Shown: positions 49,434 to 60,289 of the stretch, piece after piece
Layout: each line of letters begins with the position of its first letter
Position numbering within the stretch: the stretch's first letter is position 1
DNA from: an archaeon
GTDB lineage: Archaea > Asgardarchaeota > Thorarchaeia > Thorarchaeales > Thorarchaeaceae
Reading direction: 5' to 3'
Assembly (NCBI GenBank): GCA_024276825.1
Contig: JAJRWI010000015.1
Location: forward strand, 32,001-96,000
DNA length: 64,000 nucleotides
Program-made: the position numbers and the translations under genes
The notes under the pieces: model-generated
Seen by the model: only the letters and a program-made list of their open reading frames with translations
Database searches by the model: none
What the model was told of the DNA's origin: nothing

Positions 49434-50126
49434 ATGCTAGTAATTCTGTTCTTATTGGGAATGCTGTTGATGGTTCCACTTCATTTCAGGTCTCTTGAAC
49501 ATATCAAGTTGAGAGAGAAATATGGAGAGGAGAAGGGGAAGGAGAGGGGTGCTATTCTGGGGATGATTTCGGGCTGGGGTTTCTTTGGCTTCTGGATTGG
49601 AGTCTGGATCGCACCACAACCACAGTTTATCATACCACTCTTTGACACCATGATTATCCAGATGCCTGTCATCAACCTTGCAGTCCCAATAGTGCATCTG
49701 ATTATTGCTCTGGCATTCCTATTGTTGGGGGCGTGGCTAGGGATTGTTGGAGTGATGAGCCTTGGGCTGGAGGTTTCCGAGAAGCACCAGCCAAGGAGAG
49801 TAATCACTGAAGGGCCCTACTCACACATGCGTCATCCTCAATACTTGGGTGGAATATTGGCCCATATTGGAGTGGTCTTCCTACTATCAGCAGGAGCCGC
49901 TCTATTGTTCACGCCAATCATAGTCTTGGTAAATTATCTGATGTGCAGGAAGGAGGAACAGGAGCTGATTCATGAGTTTGGAGATGAGTATTTCGAGTAT
50001 CAAAGAAGAGTTCCCATGCTTCCCTTCTTTCACAGAAAGTCAATAAGGAGTAATGGGCCAGAGTCAGGTCTATTACGATCTTCTGATAATGAACACAACT
50101 CCAACAATGAAGACAACTGCAACTAA
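49434..50126 (+). CDS. Isoprenylcysteine carboxyl methyltransferase family membrane protein
   Basis: [14 protein letters not shown]...FGDEY. Confidence 0.85.
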   Translation: MLVILFLLGMLLMVPLHFRSLEHIKLREKYGEEKGKERGAILGMISGWGFFGFWIGVWIAPQPQFIIPLFDTMIIQMPVINLAVPIVHLIIALAFLLLGAWLGIVGVMSLGLEVSEKHQPRRVITEGPYSHMRHPQYLGGILAHIGVVFLLSAGAALLFTPIIVLVNYLMCRKEEQELIHEFGDEYFEYQRRVPMLPFFHRKSIRSNGPESGLLRSSDNEHNSNNEDNCN

Positions 50127-51083
50127 CATTGTGAAGGTTTCGGTAGTCAGGAGGGAAGACTGGTCATCAACATCGGGAATGGTTCCATCTGTAGTCAGAG
50201 TGGTTGTTTCGGTGGTGTTAGACTTCCAGCCGGCAAGTCTGGCAACAAGCCACCAGAGGGCCCTGCCTTTTTGCTCACAACTTGTGAATGTAGTATGACC
50301 CGCCTGATCGCCGTTGAAGTCCTCATGCTCCACAGGGATTGTGTAGGTTGTACCATCGACCTCGTACTGGTAAGTGTTCTGGCTGCCATTGCTCCAGCAG
50401 TCAAGGTCTGCAAAGTCAAAGAGCACCTTGTTGTTTTCAATGCAGTATTGCCTGATCATATTGTTGCGCAACCAGCGATTGTAACCTTCTTCACCTGTTG
50501 CCTGCGCATTGCAAGTCATATAGACAAATGTAACATCAAGATTAGCTGCCTCTAGAGAGGCCATTGCATCAAGATACGCTTGAGCCTGTGCCTCTGAATA
50601 ATAGTAGAGCTGAGTGCACCATGACCACATTGATACGGTAATGCTGGGATTGGCATTAAGGGTATTTTGAGTCAGGGCCAGACCATCACTAGTTTCCCAG
50701 TAAAGATCAGGAGTGATATAGGTCTCAGGAGGATTTCCATCAAGGATGCAGAGGGCATCTTCAACATCTGGTAGTGAACTGTGTGATTGCACCTGCGCAT
50801 ATGCTGCATCATTGCTCTCAATTCGATCAAGGCCAGTTATTATTTGACTGCCATGACTTGTGTGAGCATAATGTATCTTGACATTCTTTTGAGCTGCATC
50901 AATCCACTCTGATGGAATTGATGAGAGATCAATGCAGTTGTGATCAATAATCAGACCGCCAGTCCATTGTGATGCATTCCTCTCATATGACTGCGTTATT
51001 GCATTAACATTGCTTGGTACCGTTGTCAGCACGAGGAGTGCCAGAATCATAGAAAAAGACAGAAATGTGGTGGTTCGCTTCAT
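50073..51083 (-). CDS. Secreted, C-terminally anchored SGNH-like protein
   Basis: Signal peptide; [21 protein letters not shown]; Thr-rich linker and TM. Confidence 0.6.
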   Translation of the reverse strand: MKRTTTFLSFSMILALLVLTTVPSNVNAITQSYERNASQWTGGLIIDHNCIDLSSIPSEWIDAAQKNVKIHYAHTSHGSQIITGLDRIESNDAAYAQVQSHSSLPDVEDALCILDGNPPETYITPDLYWETSDGLALTQNTLNANPSITVSMWSWCTQLYYYSEAQAQAYLDAMASLEAANLDVTFVYMTCNAQATGEEGYNRWLRNNMIRQYCIENNKVLFDFADLDCWSNGSQNTYQYEVDGTTYTIPVEHEDFNGDQAGHTTFTSCEQKGRALWWLVARLAGWKSNTTETTTLTTDGTIPDVDDQSSLLTTETFTMLVAVVFIVGVVFIIRRS

Positions 51084-51268
51084 AATTAAAAACTCCAGCA
51101 AATATCAATGATATCTCATACCTTTTTGCTTTTTGCAGACAAAAACTCAACGACCTTAAATCCGCAGCTTTGAATGAAATATTGACATGTTTCATGTCAA
51201 GCCTCGAAAATTGGCATCTGCTCCAGGGAGCGTTTTTTGTGCTCCCACCACTTTTCAAATATGAACTT

Positions 51269-51301
51269 AAAAAAAAAGAGGGGGAAGTGTTGAACTTCCC
51301 C
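51269..51301 (-). terminator. Hairpin plus T-tract
   Basis: ggggaagt/acttcccc stem; A9 on + strand. Confidence 0.7.
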
Positions 51302-53046
51302 TAAGAAGACTTTCGCAGTGATACAGTCCTTATGCCAACAAGAACCAACGCTAAGACTCCAACACCCCCAACGCCAATGGATGCTATCAATACAGAATCG
51401 ATGAATTGACTCACTTGGCTTGGAGATTGATTCGGAAAGACTGAGAATATCGGATCGTGCGTGATAGAATAACCACTCCAATTCGAATAGCAAGAGCTAT
51501 AGTAATACACCTGCCATGTGTATGATTCAAGGGCATCCATTGTTCCTGCGGGAGTCATCTCATTAGCGGTTTCTGAATAGAATAGGGACGGCATCACAGC
51601 AGTGCTCACATTATAGGTAGCGCCATTCTTGCCCCATACATAAGTCCCGCCAAAGTCAACCATTGTTCGAATGGCATCCTCATCAATGAACTGCAAAGTC
51701 CCATCAGGAATATCCTCGACATATGTGAGGTTTGATGGTATTTCTGGAAGCTCACCAGGTTCATCATAAGTTCCTGTAGGATCCAAGTCTTCATCATATG
51801 CCTCAGCAGTTATTGAATAGCTTGAAAATGAACTCCAGTAGTTGAGGGCTAGACTGAGCCCCTGGATCTCCTCAACTTGACCCCCAGTTTCGGGATCGGA
51901 GAAGTCTCCGATATATTGGTCAATCTTTAGAACTGCGGCTTCGTCTACAACATCAAACTTGTAGGTCATGGAGAAACTATCCAGATTGACAGCAATAGGT
52001 TCTGGGGAGTCAAAAGAGAAGCCATTGTCATTCCCAAAGCCATAGTCCATCTCATAAAGGTTGTCAAAGTACAAGATAGGAAGCTCTGGCCATAACTCGC
52101 CTTCAATATTGGTGACCTCTGCACCCCATTGAATCTCACCGTTGTCATTCAGATGAGGAGTTTCAATCTCGCCAATAGTCCCACTCGTGGGGATAAAGTC
52201 GTATACATACTCTGAGTTGTTGAGCTCGTAGTAGACCCAATCAGAGTAATTAGAGTCGTTCTCGTAATTGATAGGAACCTCAGTGTATGAAACATCCATG
52301 ATGCCATTATTATTGGTGTCATTGAATGCTGTCAGGCCGAGGAAGTAATGTTCCATCCATAGACTCTGGTTACCGCTGAGAAACATCTCATTGACATCGT
52401 AGCCATAGCCCCCATAGTCCCACTCGTACTCGTATTCAATGCTCTCATTCATATAGGAGGCCCATTCGTATCCCTGAGCAAGATAGGGGATTACATCATT
52501 TGGATCCACTTCTGTCATGTTTTCATTGTACCAGACAAAGTCGCTTGAGTAGTACATGTATGAATAGTAGCTCGAGAAATAGAACAGAGAGTATAGAAAC
52601 ACTTCATCTCCTGTGAAGTACTGTGTGTCTGGCATCCAGAAGAGGTTCCAGATGTCAATGCTCTCGTTTTGCTCCGCAAGAGCTGCCATAACAGATGCAT
52701 CGGGATCAAGAATAATGGTCACCAGTAGACTTGTGAAGTTCCAATTATCCACATAGGAATAGGTGAAGTTGTCCTCAATATAATAGACATTACCATTGAT
52801 GTCATAGACCTCATAATAGTACGGTTCATACTCATATGGGTCATCATTGCCATTATACTCATAATTACCAGTATCGTTCCACCAGTCCCATGCCACATAG
52901 ACCCCAGGCTTCATCTCAACAAATGGATCTACAACTTGGGAAGGCGTGCCATTGGACTCTTGTGCGACCACACTGTTATGAGCGGCATTTAGGACAATGA
53001 CACTCAACAGCAGGCCCAATGCAATGAATTGCATGCTTGTTTTCAA
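51301..53046 (-). CDS. Acidic, Tyr/Asn-rich cell-surface glycoprotein with C-terminal TM anchor
   Basis: SD GGAGG then TTG 53046; signal peptide; many N-x-S/T; ITHDP motif before the TM. Confidence 0.75.
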   Translation of the reverse strand: MKTSMQFIALGLLLSVIVLNAAHNSVVAQESNGTPSQVVDPFVEMKPGVYVAWDWWNDTGNYEYNGNDDPYEYEPYYYEVYDINGNVYYIEDNFTYSYVDNWNFTSLLVTIILDPDASVMAALAEQNESIDIWNLFWMPDTQYFTGDEVFLYSLFYFSSYYSYMYYSSDFVWYNENMTEVDPNDVIPYLAQGYEWASYMNESIEYEYEWDYGGYGYDVNEMFLSGNQSLWMEHYFLGLTAFNDTNNNGIMDVSYTEVPINYENDSNYSDWVYYELNNSEYVYDFIPTSGTIGEIETPHLNDNGEIQWGAEVTNIEGELWPELPILYFDNLYEMDYGFGNDNGFSFDSPEPIAVNLDSFSMTYKFDVVDEAAVLKIDQYIGDFSDPETGGQVEEIQGLSLALNYWSSFSSYSITAEAYDEDLDPTGTYDEPGELPEIPSNLTYVEDIPDGTLQFIDEDAIRTMVDFGGTYVWGKNGATYNVSTAVMPSLFYSETANEMTPAGTMDALESYTWQVYYYSSCYSNWSGYSITHDPIFSVFPNQSPSQVSQFIDSVLIASIGVGGVGVLALVLVGIRTVSLRKSS

Positions 53047-53108
53047 ACTTTGATTCCTCCAATAGATTATACCCAGTCCTTGTCGTGAACTATATAGAGT
53101 GTTTTTGA

Positions 53109-53193
53109 TGAACGGTTCATAAACGGTCAGTATGCAAAAGTCCATAACCTTCAAGAAGTTGAAAAGGGCATTCATAACATCCTGAACCGTTCC
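53109..53193. promoter_or_regulatory. Two TGAAC-N-GTTC(A) palindromic operator candidates
   Basis: tgaacggttca 53109-53119; tgaaccgttcc 53183-53193; TATA-like ctatatag near 53090. Confidence 0.55.
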
Positions 53194-53211
53194 AAAACGA
53201 GTTTGATGTGA

Positions 53212-53709
53212 TTATCTGATAACATCTTGAATAAGGACTATCAGTTTCGTCCGACCTGTGACTGAGCGCGAGATTATCGATTTTCGTTCAAGCGTGCTGA
53301 GAGTCACACTGAGGGTTGATTTGCTCAGACCTGTCAATCTTCTCAGTTCTTCTTGTGTCATCTGGCCCCCGTTCTCTTTCAGCGTATTAATGATACGTCG
53401 TTCAGTGTTATTCAGAGTGACTATCATAATCTGGTCGTGTGCCGAGGCATTTGGTTTTGATTGAGCGTTGTTCTCGGACAGTCTGACCTCCAGATCTGCA
53501 ATTCTTCTCTGCATTCTCAGGATGACCATGACGATCACGTTGATAATGAGGATTAGAGAGATTACAAGTGAAACAGTAGTGGCCAAAAAGACAACTTCTC
53601 TTGCAATGGAGGATGAAACTATCCATGTCCATACCGATACGAACAACACTAAGACAGAAATGATGATAAGAATGATGTCTATCCTCTCAAAGGCGTTCTC
53701 TCTTGGCAT
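53212..53709 (-). CDS. Membrane-anchored winged-helix transcriptional regulator
   Basis: 2 TM helices then LNNTERRII..MTQEEL..GLSKSTLS..LERK. Confidence 0.8.
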   Translation of the reverse strand: MPRENAFERIDIILIIISVLVLFVSVWTWIVSSSIAREVVFLATTVSLVISLILIINVIVMVILRMQRRIADLEVRLSENNAQSKPNASAHDQIMIVTLNNTERRIINTLKENGGQMTQEELRRLTGLSKSTLSVTLSTLERKSIISRSVTGRTKLIVLIQDVIR

Positions 53710-53834
53710 TGTCGCACCTTGCCTAATATCAGACCTGTTGATTACTAATTAGTTTCGTTTAATAATAAAGTGATGATGAAGTCACGTGACAGTCCGAATT
53801 CGCAACATGTATATTGAATATTATTGGATAGATA

Positions 53835-54188
53835 GTGATGATGAATTTGAGTCAGCGAATGGAAACGGACCAACTATCACCCGAAGAACTGCAACAGTTA
53901 AGGCGCCTACTGATAGTCAAGACAAAGCTCAGAAACCTGAAGAGAAAGGGCATCACAGCAGATATAGCGATCTGCCCAGTTTGCAAGAGCCACAGGATTG
54001 TCGATCTCACCTCGTTCTTTGACCTTGGATATATTGGCAGTCTTCAACCCGCATACTATTGTCTTGACTGCGGTTGGTATGGGAGGATATTGACAATAAT
54101 GACCAACCGTCCTGAGGATGACGCGATCCTCGAGGATCTGAAGGACGCATTTCCATCACTGAGGAGTCCTGAAACCAACGATGATTGA
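53835..54188 (+). CDS. Zn-ribbon hypothetical protein
   Basis: CPVCKS...YYCLDCGWYG. Confidence 0.65.
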   Translation: MMMNLSQRMETDQLSPEELQQLRRLLIVKTKLRNLKRKGITADIAICPVCKSHRIVDLTSFFDLGYIGSLQPAYYCLDCGWYGRILTIMTNRPEDDAILEDLKDAFPSLRSPETNDD

Positions 54189-54199
54189 TGTAGAGAGCC

Positions 54200-54481
54200 C
54201 TATTCGCGACTCAGCTCAAAGACAACTTGGTTGTAAGCATCAGGACAGGCATGTGTGGCTCTGCATTGATCTTCCAGCCATGGAAAGTGAGCATTGAACA
54301 TCATAGCAAATGCCTTTGGCAACATCGAATATAGTGCACTAATGCACACTCTCCCATGTACTCCAAGACTTGTGATGCGCACTTCGTCACCAACTTTGTG
54401 ACCTGCAGCACAATGCCCTTCTTGTTTAATCACACGACACACAATCTCCCAAGGTTCTTCTCGCACGCATTTATCATTCAT
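54200..54481 (-). CDS. TIGR04076-like small Cys-rich protein
   Basis: CAAGHKVGD, VC..AL, ACPD..VVFEL. Confidence 0.75.
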   Translation of the reverse strand: MNDKCVREEPWEIVCRVIKQEGHCAAGHKVGDEVRITSLGVHGRVCISALYSMLPKAFAMMFNAHFPWLEDQCRATHACPDAYNQVVFELSRE

Positions 54482-54725
54482 GAGTAGATATTTGGAGTAA
54501 GAAGTCAAAAATCCTTCTGATTCTTGTCATAATACATCTAGACTGCTGCTGCCGTCTAATTGCAATTCCTCATCATTCTCACCTGTGACCAATAGTTTAT
54601 GAGTGGCGCTAAAAACTCCCTGTATTCTGGAAGTTCAAATGCTTTGATCAAGCGGTATTTCACAGCCATTGGTCAAATGGTTTCAAGAATCATAGTAGAA
54701 ATGGCAACGATGCAAATTCATCATT

Positions 54726-55415
54726 TTAATGCGATTGATAATGCTCGCAATAATTAGAGAGGATACAAGAGAAACAGTGAGGCTTTAGTGCTCTACATAC
54801 CTTACGGCCATGCTGAACTAGATTATAATTGAAAGAATACATACATTCATCTGTGACTATTTGATCCAGTAAAATATGAGCTCTCTCGCGAGTGGTGTTT
54901 TCAGGAATCAGTCCCAACCTCTTTGTGATTCTAAAGACATGCGTGTCTACAGGAATCACTGGAAGTCCGAATGAGAAGAGAAGGACTATTGCCGCAGTCT
55001 TTGGTCCGACGCCATGCAGGGAAGTCAGCCAAGCCTTGGCATCTTCAATATCCATGTCTTTCAGCAGGGACAGGTCGAAACCTCCTGTTCGAGAATGGAT
55101 CTCGGTGAGAATTGCTTTGATCCTCTTTGCCTTCAGATTGTGAAGACCACAATGACTGATTGATTCTGCAATTCTCTCATGAGAGGCGTTCATGACTTCA
55201 CTCCAATCAGTGAAATCAGACTTGAGCTGCTGAAAGGCGCGTTCAGCAGTGATATCAGTGGTGTTCTGTGCAAGCACTGTGATTACAAGCTGATCAACAG
55301 GAGGAAGACGGTTGTGATGAATGCGTGTGCCATATTCATTCATTATTGCTCTGCAGATGGCAAGTGCTTTCCGCTGTTTTTGTTTCAATTCGTCATCATT
55401 CAAGGCTTTACACAC
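54726..55415 (-). CDS. nth: Endonuclease III family DNA glycosylase
   Basis: LAQNT, LHGVGPKTA, PVDTHV, C-x6-C-x2-C-x5-C. Confidence 0.9.
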   Translation of the reverse strand: MCKALNDDELKQKQRKALAICRAIMNEYGTRIHHNRLPPVDQLVITVLAQNTTDITAERAFQQLKSDFTDWSEVMNASHERIAESISHCGLHNLKAKRIKAILTEIHSRTGGFDLSLLKDMDIEDAKAWLTSLHGVGPKTAAIVLLFSFGLPVIPVDTHVFRITKRLGLIPENTTRERAHILLDQIVTDECMYSFNYNLVQHGRKVCRALKPHCFSCILSNYCEHYQSH

Positions 55416-55499
55416 TTCAGGTCTTATCGTACAATAGAGTTCTTATGTCATTTTCAGAAGGCTTTTGAGTCAATTCACTATTCCGAGATAAGAGTAGAG

Positions 55500-55916
55500 A
55501 TGACGGTAATAGTAGTGTTCGAGAGTACACGGGGAAGGACTAAAGCTATGGCTGAGGCAATCTGCGAGGGAGTAAAATCAAAGAGTGTTGATTGCAAGCT
55601 TACGAGCGCAAGTCAGTTTGATGGGCTTGATGGAGCATGCGCATTTGCAATCGGTAGCTCAACAAGAATGAAAAAGCCATTACCTCTTGTCAGAAGAATA
55701 CTTGCAGAACTGGATGACCTTAATGGACTCCCATCCGCTTCATTTGGATCCTACGGCTGGAGTGGAGAGGCACCAGCGATAATCACAAGTCTTCTTGAGG
55801 AGAAGGGGGCCACAATTGTTAGTAAGCCCATCAGAGCTAAGGACTTCCCAACTGAAGAGATGTTGGAGAAGTGCCGTGGGCTTGGATCGCTTCTAGCGGA
55901 CAGATGTAATCAGTAG
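55500..55916 (+). CDS. Flavodoxin-like protein (FprA C-terminal type)
   Basis: ESTRGRTKAMAEAI, GSST, FGSYGWSGEA. Confidence 0.85.
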   Translation: MTVIVVFESTRGRTKAMAEAICEGVKSKSVDCKLTSASQFDGLDGACAFAIGSSTRMKKPLPLVRRILAELDDLNGLPSASFGSYGWSGEAPAIITSLLEEKGATIVSKPIRAKDFPTEEMLEKCRGLGSLLADRCNQ

Positions 55917-55960
55917 ATTGAAAAAGGACAGAATGTGAGTCTTGGAGTGAGCGGTGGTAG

Positions 55961-57856
55961 ATGGGACATATTGCAAGATTAACAAGATATGCTCTAAAGC
56001 ATAAAAGGCATTTCATTGGCTTCATGAGCATTGCATCAGTGGCAACCCTGTTCAACCTGTTCACGCCGCTGGTACTCAGGGACATAGTTGATCAGGTCAC
56101 TTCAGGTGCCAATTTTCAAACGGCAATATTCTCAATATTCCTGTACCTCAGTCTCTTTGGTTTTTATTGTTTCTTTGACTTTATCCAGAGATACCTCAGC
56201 GCATTGATGGCACAGCATGTCATCTATGACTTGAGGACTGAACTCTATCAGAGCCTTCTTGAGAAGGACCTTGCATTCTATGACAGAAATGAAACCGGTC
56301 AGATTCTCGCCCGGGTCACCACTGATGTGACTACCATGCGTCAGTTCTTACTCTGGGGATACAGGGTGATCTTCATCGGTGCTGCAAGTCTTATCGGCAC
56401 GTATTATGTCATGTGGCTAATTAATGTCCAATTGACTCTTCTCCTGCTTCCAATTCTCCCCGCACTGCTACTGATCATCTATATTTTTGCCAAGAAGGTC
56501 CGACCTGTGTTTTTCTCTGCAAGAACACAGTATGGCACTCTGAGTGCTGTCTTGCAGGAGAACATTGTGGGAATGCGGGTTGTCCAGTCATATGTGTCTA
56601 TGGACCGTGAGAGAGAGCGCGTGCGAAAGGAGAATGAGAGATATCTTGGGCTGGTGGTTGATGCATTTCGCTTGTCAGCGTTTTATTCGCCACTCCTTAT
56701 TGCGGTCTTAGGGATTGGCACTGGAGTTCTCATCTATATGGGAGGTGTCCAATTTAGCGCGGGCGTCCTAAGCTATGGTGAGTTTGTGGGCTTTGTCAGC
56801 CTAGTAGGGATGTTATTACTTCCTGCGAGATTTCTCAGCTGGGGCATTGGTCTGTATCAGAGAGCCTCTGCCGCTGCTGAGCGAACATTTTACATCCTAG
56901 ATGCAAGAGAGGAGATAATGGATCCAGAAGATCCTGCTGAGATCAGTGATATTCGTGGAGAGGTCGAGTTCAAAAATGTATATTTCAGTCATGGTGGAGA
57001 GAACTGGGTGTTGAAGGATGTTTCGTTCAAAGTGCAACCCGGGCAGGTTGTGGCATTATTGGGGAGAACTGGGTCTGGAAAGACCAGTGTCGTCAATCTC
57101 ATTCCAAGGTTCTATGATGTTGACAGTCGCAGAGTTGTGGAATACAACGGGAAAGTCTATGCTCTGGACAATAAGGGACATGTCAAGATAGATGGTACAA
57201 CATATCATGAACACGATGGTTTCATAGTAGTCAATGGTGAGGAGCTGCAAGTTCAAGATCCTGGCCATATTGAGATTGATGGAGTGGACATTCGATTCTA
57301 TAAGATAAGTGAGTTGAGAGAACAGATAGGAATGGTCCATCAAGACCCATTCTTGTTCTCAGCGTCAATAAAAGAGAACATCGCCTTTGCAAGACCATAT
57401 GCCACTGATGAGGAGATAGAGAATGCTGCAAGGGCGGCAATGATTCATGATTTCATTATGACACTTGATCAGGGATATGACACTGAGGTTGGAGAGCGTG
57501 GAGTCACCCTCAGTGGGGGACAGAAGCAGCGGATTGCAATTGCCCGGGCTTTGCTGGCAGACCCCCGAATTCTGATTCTGGATGACTCAACAAGCTCAGT
57601 TGATGCCAATACTGAACTGCAGATTCAGAGAGCCTTGGAGAACTTGATGAGGGGGCGTACCACATTCATAATCACTCATAGGCTGTCTACAATCAGAAAT
57701 GCGGACATAATAATAATGATGGACAGAGGACGCATCGTGGAGATGGGCAATCACTCCGAGTTGATTGAGAAAGAAGGCATGTATGCGAGTCTTTTCCAGA
57801 CATTGTCTAGGATGGCAGCGATAGCATTAGAAGAAACAGGAGGGAGGGTATCATAA
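55961..57856 (+). CDS. ABC exporter half-transporter (TMD+NBD) with NBD insertion
   Basis: GRTGSGKT, LSGGQKQR, ILDD (degenerate Walker B). Confidence 0.93.
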   Translation: MGHIARLTRYALKHKRHFIGFMSIASVATLFNLFTPLVLRDIVDQVTSGANFQTAIFSIFLYLSLFGFYCFFDFIQRYLSALMAQHVIYDLRTELYQSLLEKDLAFYDRNETGQILARVTTDVTTMRQFLLWGYRVIFIGAASLIGTYYVMWLINVQLTLLLLPILPALLLIIYIFAKKVRPVFFSARTQYGTLSAVLQENIVGMRVVQSYVSMDRERERVRKENERYLGLVVDAFRLSAFYSPLLIAVLGIGTGVLIYMGGVQFSAGVLSYGEFVGFVSLVGMLLLPARFLSWGIGLYQRASAAAERTFYILDAREEIMDPEDPAEISDIRGEVEFKNVYFSHGGENWVLKDVSFKVQPGQVVALLGRTGSGKTSVVNLIPRFYDVDSRRVVEYNGKVYALDNKGHVKIDGTTYHEHDGFIVVNGEELQVQDPGHIEIDGVDIRFYKISELREQIGMVHQDPFLFSASIKENIAFARPYATDEEIENAARAAMIHDFIMTLDQGYDTEVGERGVTLSGGQKQRIAIARALLADPRILILDDSTSSVDANTELQIQRALENLMRGRTTFIITHRLSTIRNADIIIMMDRGRIVEMGNHSELIEKEGMYASLFQTLSRMAAIALEETGGRVS

Positions 57857-59637
57857 GCCATTCATGGGACGAAGTAGAGAGGACATATGATTATCCAGAC
57901 TCCGTCTTAATGAAGCGCATATTAAGCTACATCCTTGCATATCCAAGATTAGTGATTATTGTCATCATCATGGTGGCAAGCTCAATCATATTCAGTATCT
58001 ATGCCCCCTTTGTCCTACAACATGCAATAGACACCGACTTTGTGAGTGGCGATCTTGATGCCTTGCTGCAGACCTCTCTGCTCTATATCATTCTGGTGAT
58101 TCTGGTGTGGTTGACATCATATGGGCAGGGATACACCACGACCTTAATGGGTCAACGTGCGGTCTACACAATCCGTCAGAGTCTATTTGAGCACCTTCAA
58201 AGAATGTCCCAAGCATATTACGACAAGACTTCAAGTGGTAGTATTATATCTCGATTGACAAATGATATTGACAGGATGAGCGAGTTGCTGAGTGGGGGAC
58301 TGATTAACACATTTGCACAATTCTTCATTGTATTCGGAGTCGCAGTTGTCATATTCACTGTGGACTTTCAACTTGCAATAATCACACTTCTTGTTGTGCC
58401 CATTCTTGCTGTTGCCACGCACATCTTTAGGAAACGTGCAAGGGAGGCGTACAGAGAAACAAGAAAGACCATATCAAGAGTGACCGCCAACTTTGCGGAA
58501 ACAATATCGGGAGCAAAGGTAACAAAGACATTCACTCGCGAGAAGGAGAGCATGGAGAAGTTTGATGAATTAAACAGAGATGACTATCAGGCCAATGTTG
58601 ATGCTGCCAAGTTTGCATCTGTATTCTTCCCAGCAATCAGATTTGTTGGCGGGTTAGGTGTTGTGCTCATCCTCTTCTTTGGAGCAGCTAGAATCGTCGA
58701 GGGCACACTCACAGTGGGAGTTCTGTTGTTTTACATCCAGATGAATTCACTATTCTTTAGGCCTGTCATTATCTTGACAAACTTTTATAACACGGTTCAA
58801 AGTGCATTTGCAGGGGCCGAGAGGGTATTCGCTATAATGGATAGCGAGCCAGCAGTTCTTGACAGACCCGATGCAGTCGAGCTAAAAGATGTGAGAGGGC
58901 ACATAAGATACCGGAATGTGTGGTTTGCATATGTTGACGAGAACTATGTCTTAGAAGACTTCAATCTCGAGATTCAACCCGGTGAGACTGTCGCCATAGT
59001 GGGGGACACTGGAGCAGGCAAGACGACCGTGGTAAATCTCTTGAACCGATTCTATGAGGTTCAGTCAGGGTCCATTGAGATTGATGGCATTAATATTAGA
59101 GATGTGACCCTCAAGTCCCTGAGGGCAAACATTGGACTAGTCCTTCAAGACTCATTTCTATTCATGGGCACCATCAAGGACAACATAAGATATGGCAGAC
59201 CCGAAGCCACTGACAATGAGATCATCGAGGCAACCAAGGTCATTGGTGCATATGACCTTATCCAAAGGCTGGAGAAGGGTTTTGACACCGAGGTTGGAGA
59301 GAGGGGAGGAAGACTCTCTGAAGGAGAACGACAACTAGTGAGCTTTGCTAGGGCACTTCTTGCAAACCCCAAGATACTCATACTTGACGAGGCAACAAGC
59401 TCGATTGACATCTATACCGAGCACACCATACAGAGGGGAATGCAAAAGCTTCTAGAGGGACGAACATCCATTGTTATAGCCCACAGATTATCAACGATTG
59501 TCAATGCGGACAGAATTCTTGTACTTGAGAACGGCAGGATAGTAGAGTCTGGTACTCATGCAGAACTGATGGCCAAGAGGGAGAAGTACTACTCATTATA
59601 TGAAAAACAGATCAGACCTAGGACAATGGTGTTCTAA
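57853..59637 (+). CDS. ABC exporter half-transporter (partner subunit); start ATA 57853 or ATG 57910
   Basis: GDTGAGKT, LSEGERQ, LDEATS, AHRL. Confidence 0.9.
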   Translation: MSHSWDEVERTYDYPDSVLMKRILSYILAYPRLVIIVIIMVASSIIFSIYAPFVLQHAIDTDFVSGDLDALLQTSLLYIILVILVWLTSYGQGYTTTLMGQRAVYTIRQSLFEHLQRMSQAYYDKTSSGSIISRLTNDIDRMSELLSGGLINTFAQFFIVFGVAVVIFTVDFQLAIITLLVVPILAVATHIFRKRAREAYRETRKTISRVTANFAETISGAKVTKTFTREKESMEKFDELNRDDYQANVDAAKFASVFFPAIRFVGGLGVVLILFFGAARIVEGTLTVGVLLFYIQMNSLFFRPVIILTNFYNTVQSAFAGAERVFAIMDSEPAVLDRPDAVELKDVRGHIRYRNVWFAYVDENYVLEDFNLEIQPGETVAIVGDTGAGKTTVVNLLNRFYEVQSGSIEIDGINIRDVTLKSLRANIGLVLQDSFLFMGTIKDNIRYGRPEATDNEIIEATKVIGAYDLIQRLEKGFDTEVGERGGRLSEGERQLVSFARALLANPKILILDEATSSIDIYTEHTIQRGMQKLLEGRTSIVIAHRLSTIVNADRILVLENGRIVESGTHAELMAKREKYYSLYEKQIRPRTMVF

Positions 59638-59641
59638 TGGT

Positions 59642-59666
59642 GGCCCCGCCCGAAGCGGGACCTTTT
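59642..59666 (+). terminator. GC hairpin plus short T-tract
   Basis: cccgc/gcggg then tttt. Confidence 0.5.
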
Positions 59667-59689
59667 GATTTAATTGCAGTCGTTCATTA

Positions 59690-60289
59690 TTATTCAAAAA
59701 TTCTCTGGATTCCGTGTTTCCCGATATAGAACGGAACACCTCTATATCCCGTGAGGACAACACCTTGATCGTTGAGTGTCAACATTTTCTGTCCCTTCAT
59801 TATGAATATGTGGTTTCCATGCGTGAAGACGATCTTGTCATCTGACAACAAGAGGAGGATTTTCGCATTACTTTCATCAATGCCAAGGAATACTACTGAA
59901 TTCAATGAGAGTTTCATGTCCCATTTCTTGAATGTAAAGAGACCATTATTGACCAACTCTTCAAATGACTTGCCATTCAGGCCGGATTGATTCATCTCTT
60001 CGTCGGATGCAACTCTTGACACCGATTCTATATTGGCATCACCAAAGTAGAGTTGAACTCCTTGCAACTGACCGCTAATTGACTGACCAATGGCCCCCAT
60101 TCTGGTTTCTGCAATGGCATCAACGGCAAAGGATGACGGGCCAACAAAGGCAATCCCGATTCTTTCACCTTCTTGCATCAGGGAGACCCAGTGGCAGCCA
60201 GGTTGAAGTTGAACTAGAGATCTCTCTTCATCGACCAGCCTTATTGGCTCTTCGAGGACTCTGACTATGTCATCAGTGACTATGTTCAT
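59690..60289 (-). CDS. Hypothetical beta-rich protein
   Basis: ATGA-coupled to the upstream ArsR-type gene. Confidence 0.6.
   Translation of the reverse strand: MNIVTDDIVRVLEEPIRLVDEERSLVQLQPGCHWVSLMQEGERIGIAFVGPSSFAVDAIAETRMGAIGQSISGQLQGVQLYFGDANIESVSRVASDEEMNQSGLNGKSFEELVNNGLFTFKKWDMKLSLNSVVFLGIDESNAKILLLLSDDKIVFTHGNHIFIMKGQKMLTLNDQGVVLTGYRGVPFYIGKHGIQRIFE

Noticed and set aside
55179-55499. Long N-terminal extension of the flavodoxin ORF
   Set aside because: Antisense to nth; the flavodoxin motif begins at ATG 55500
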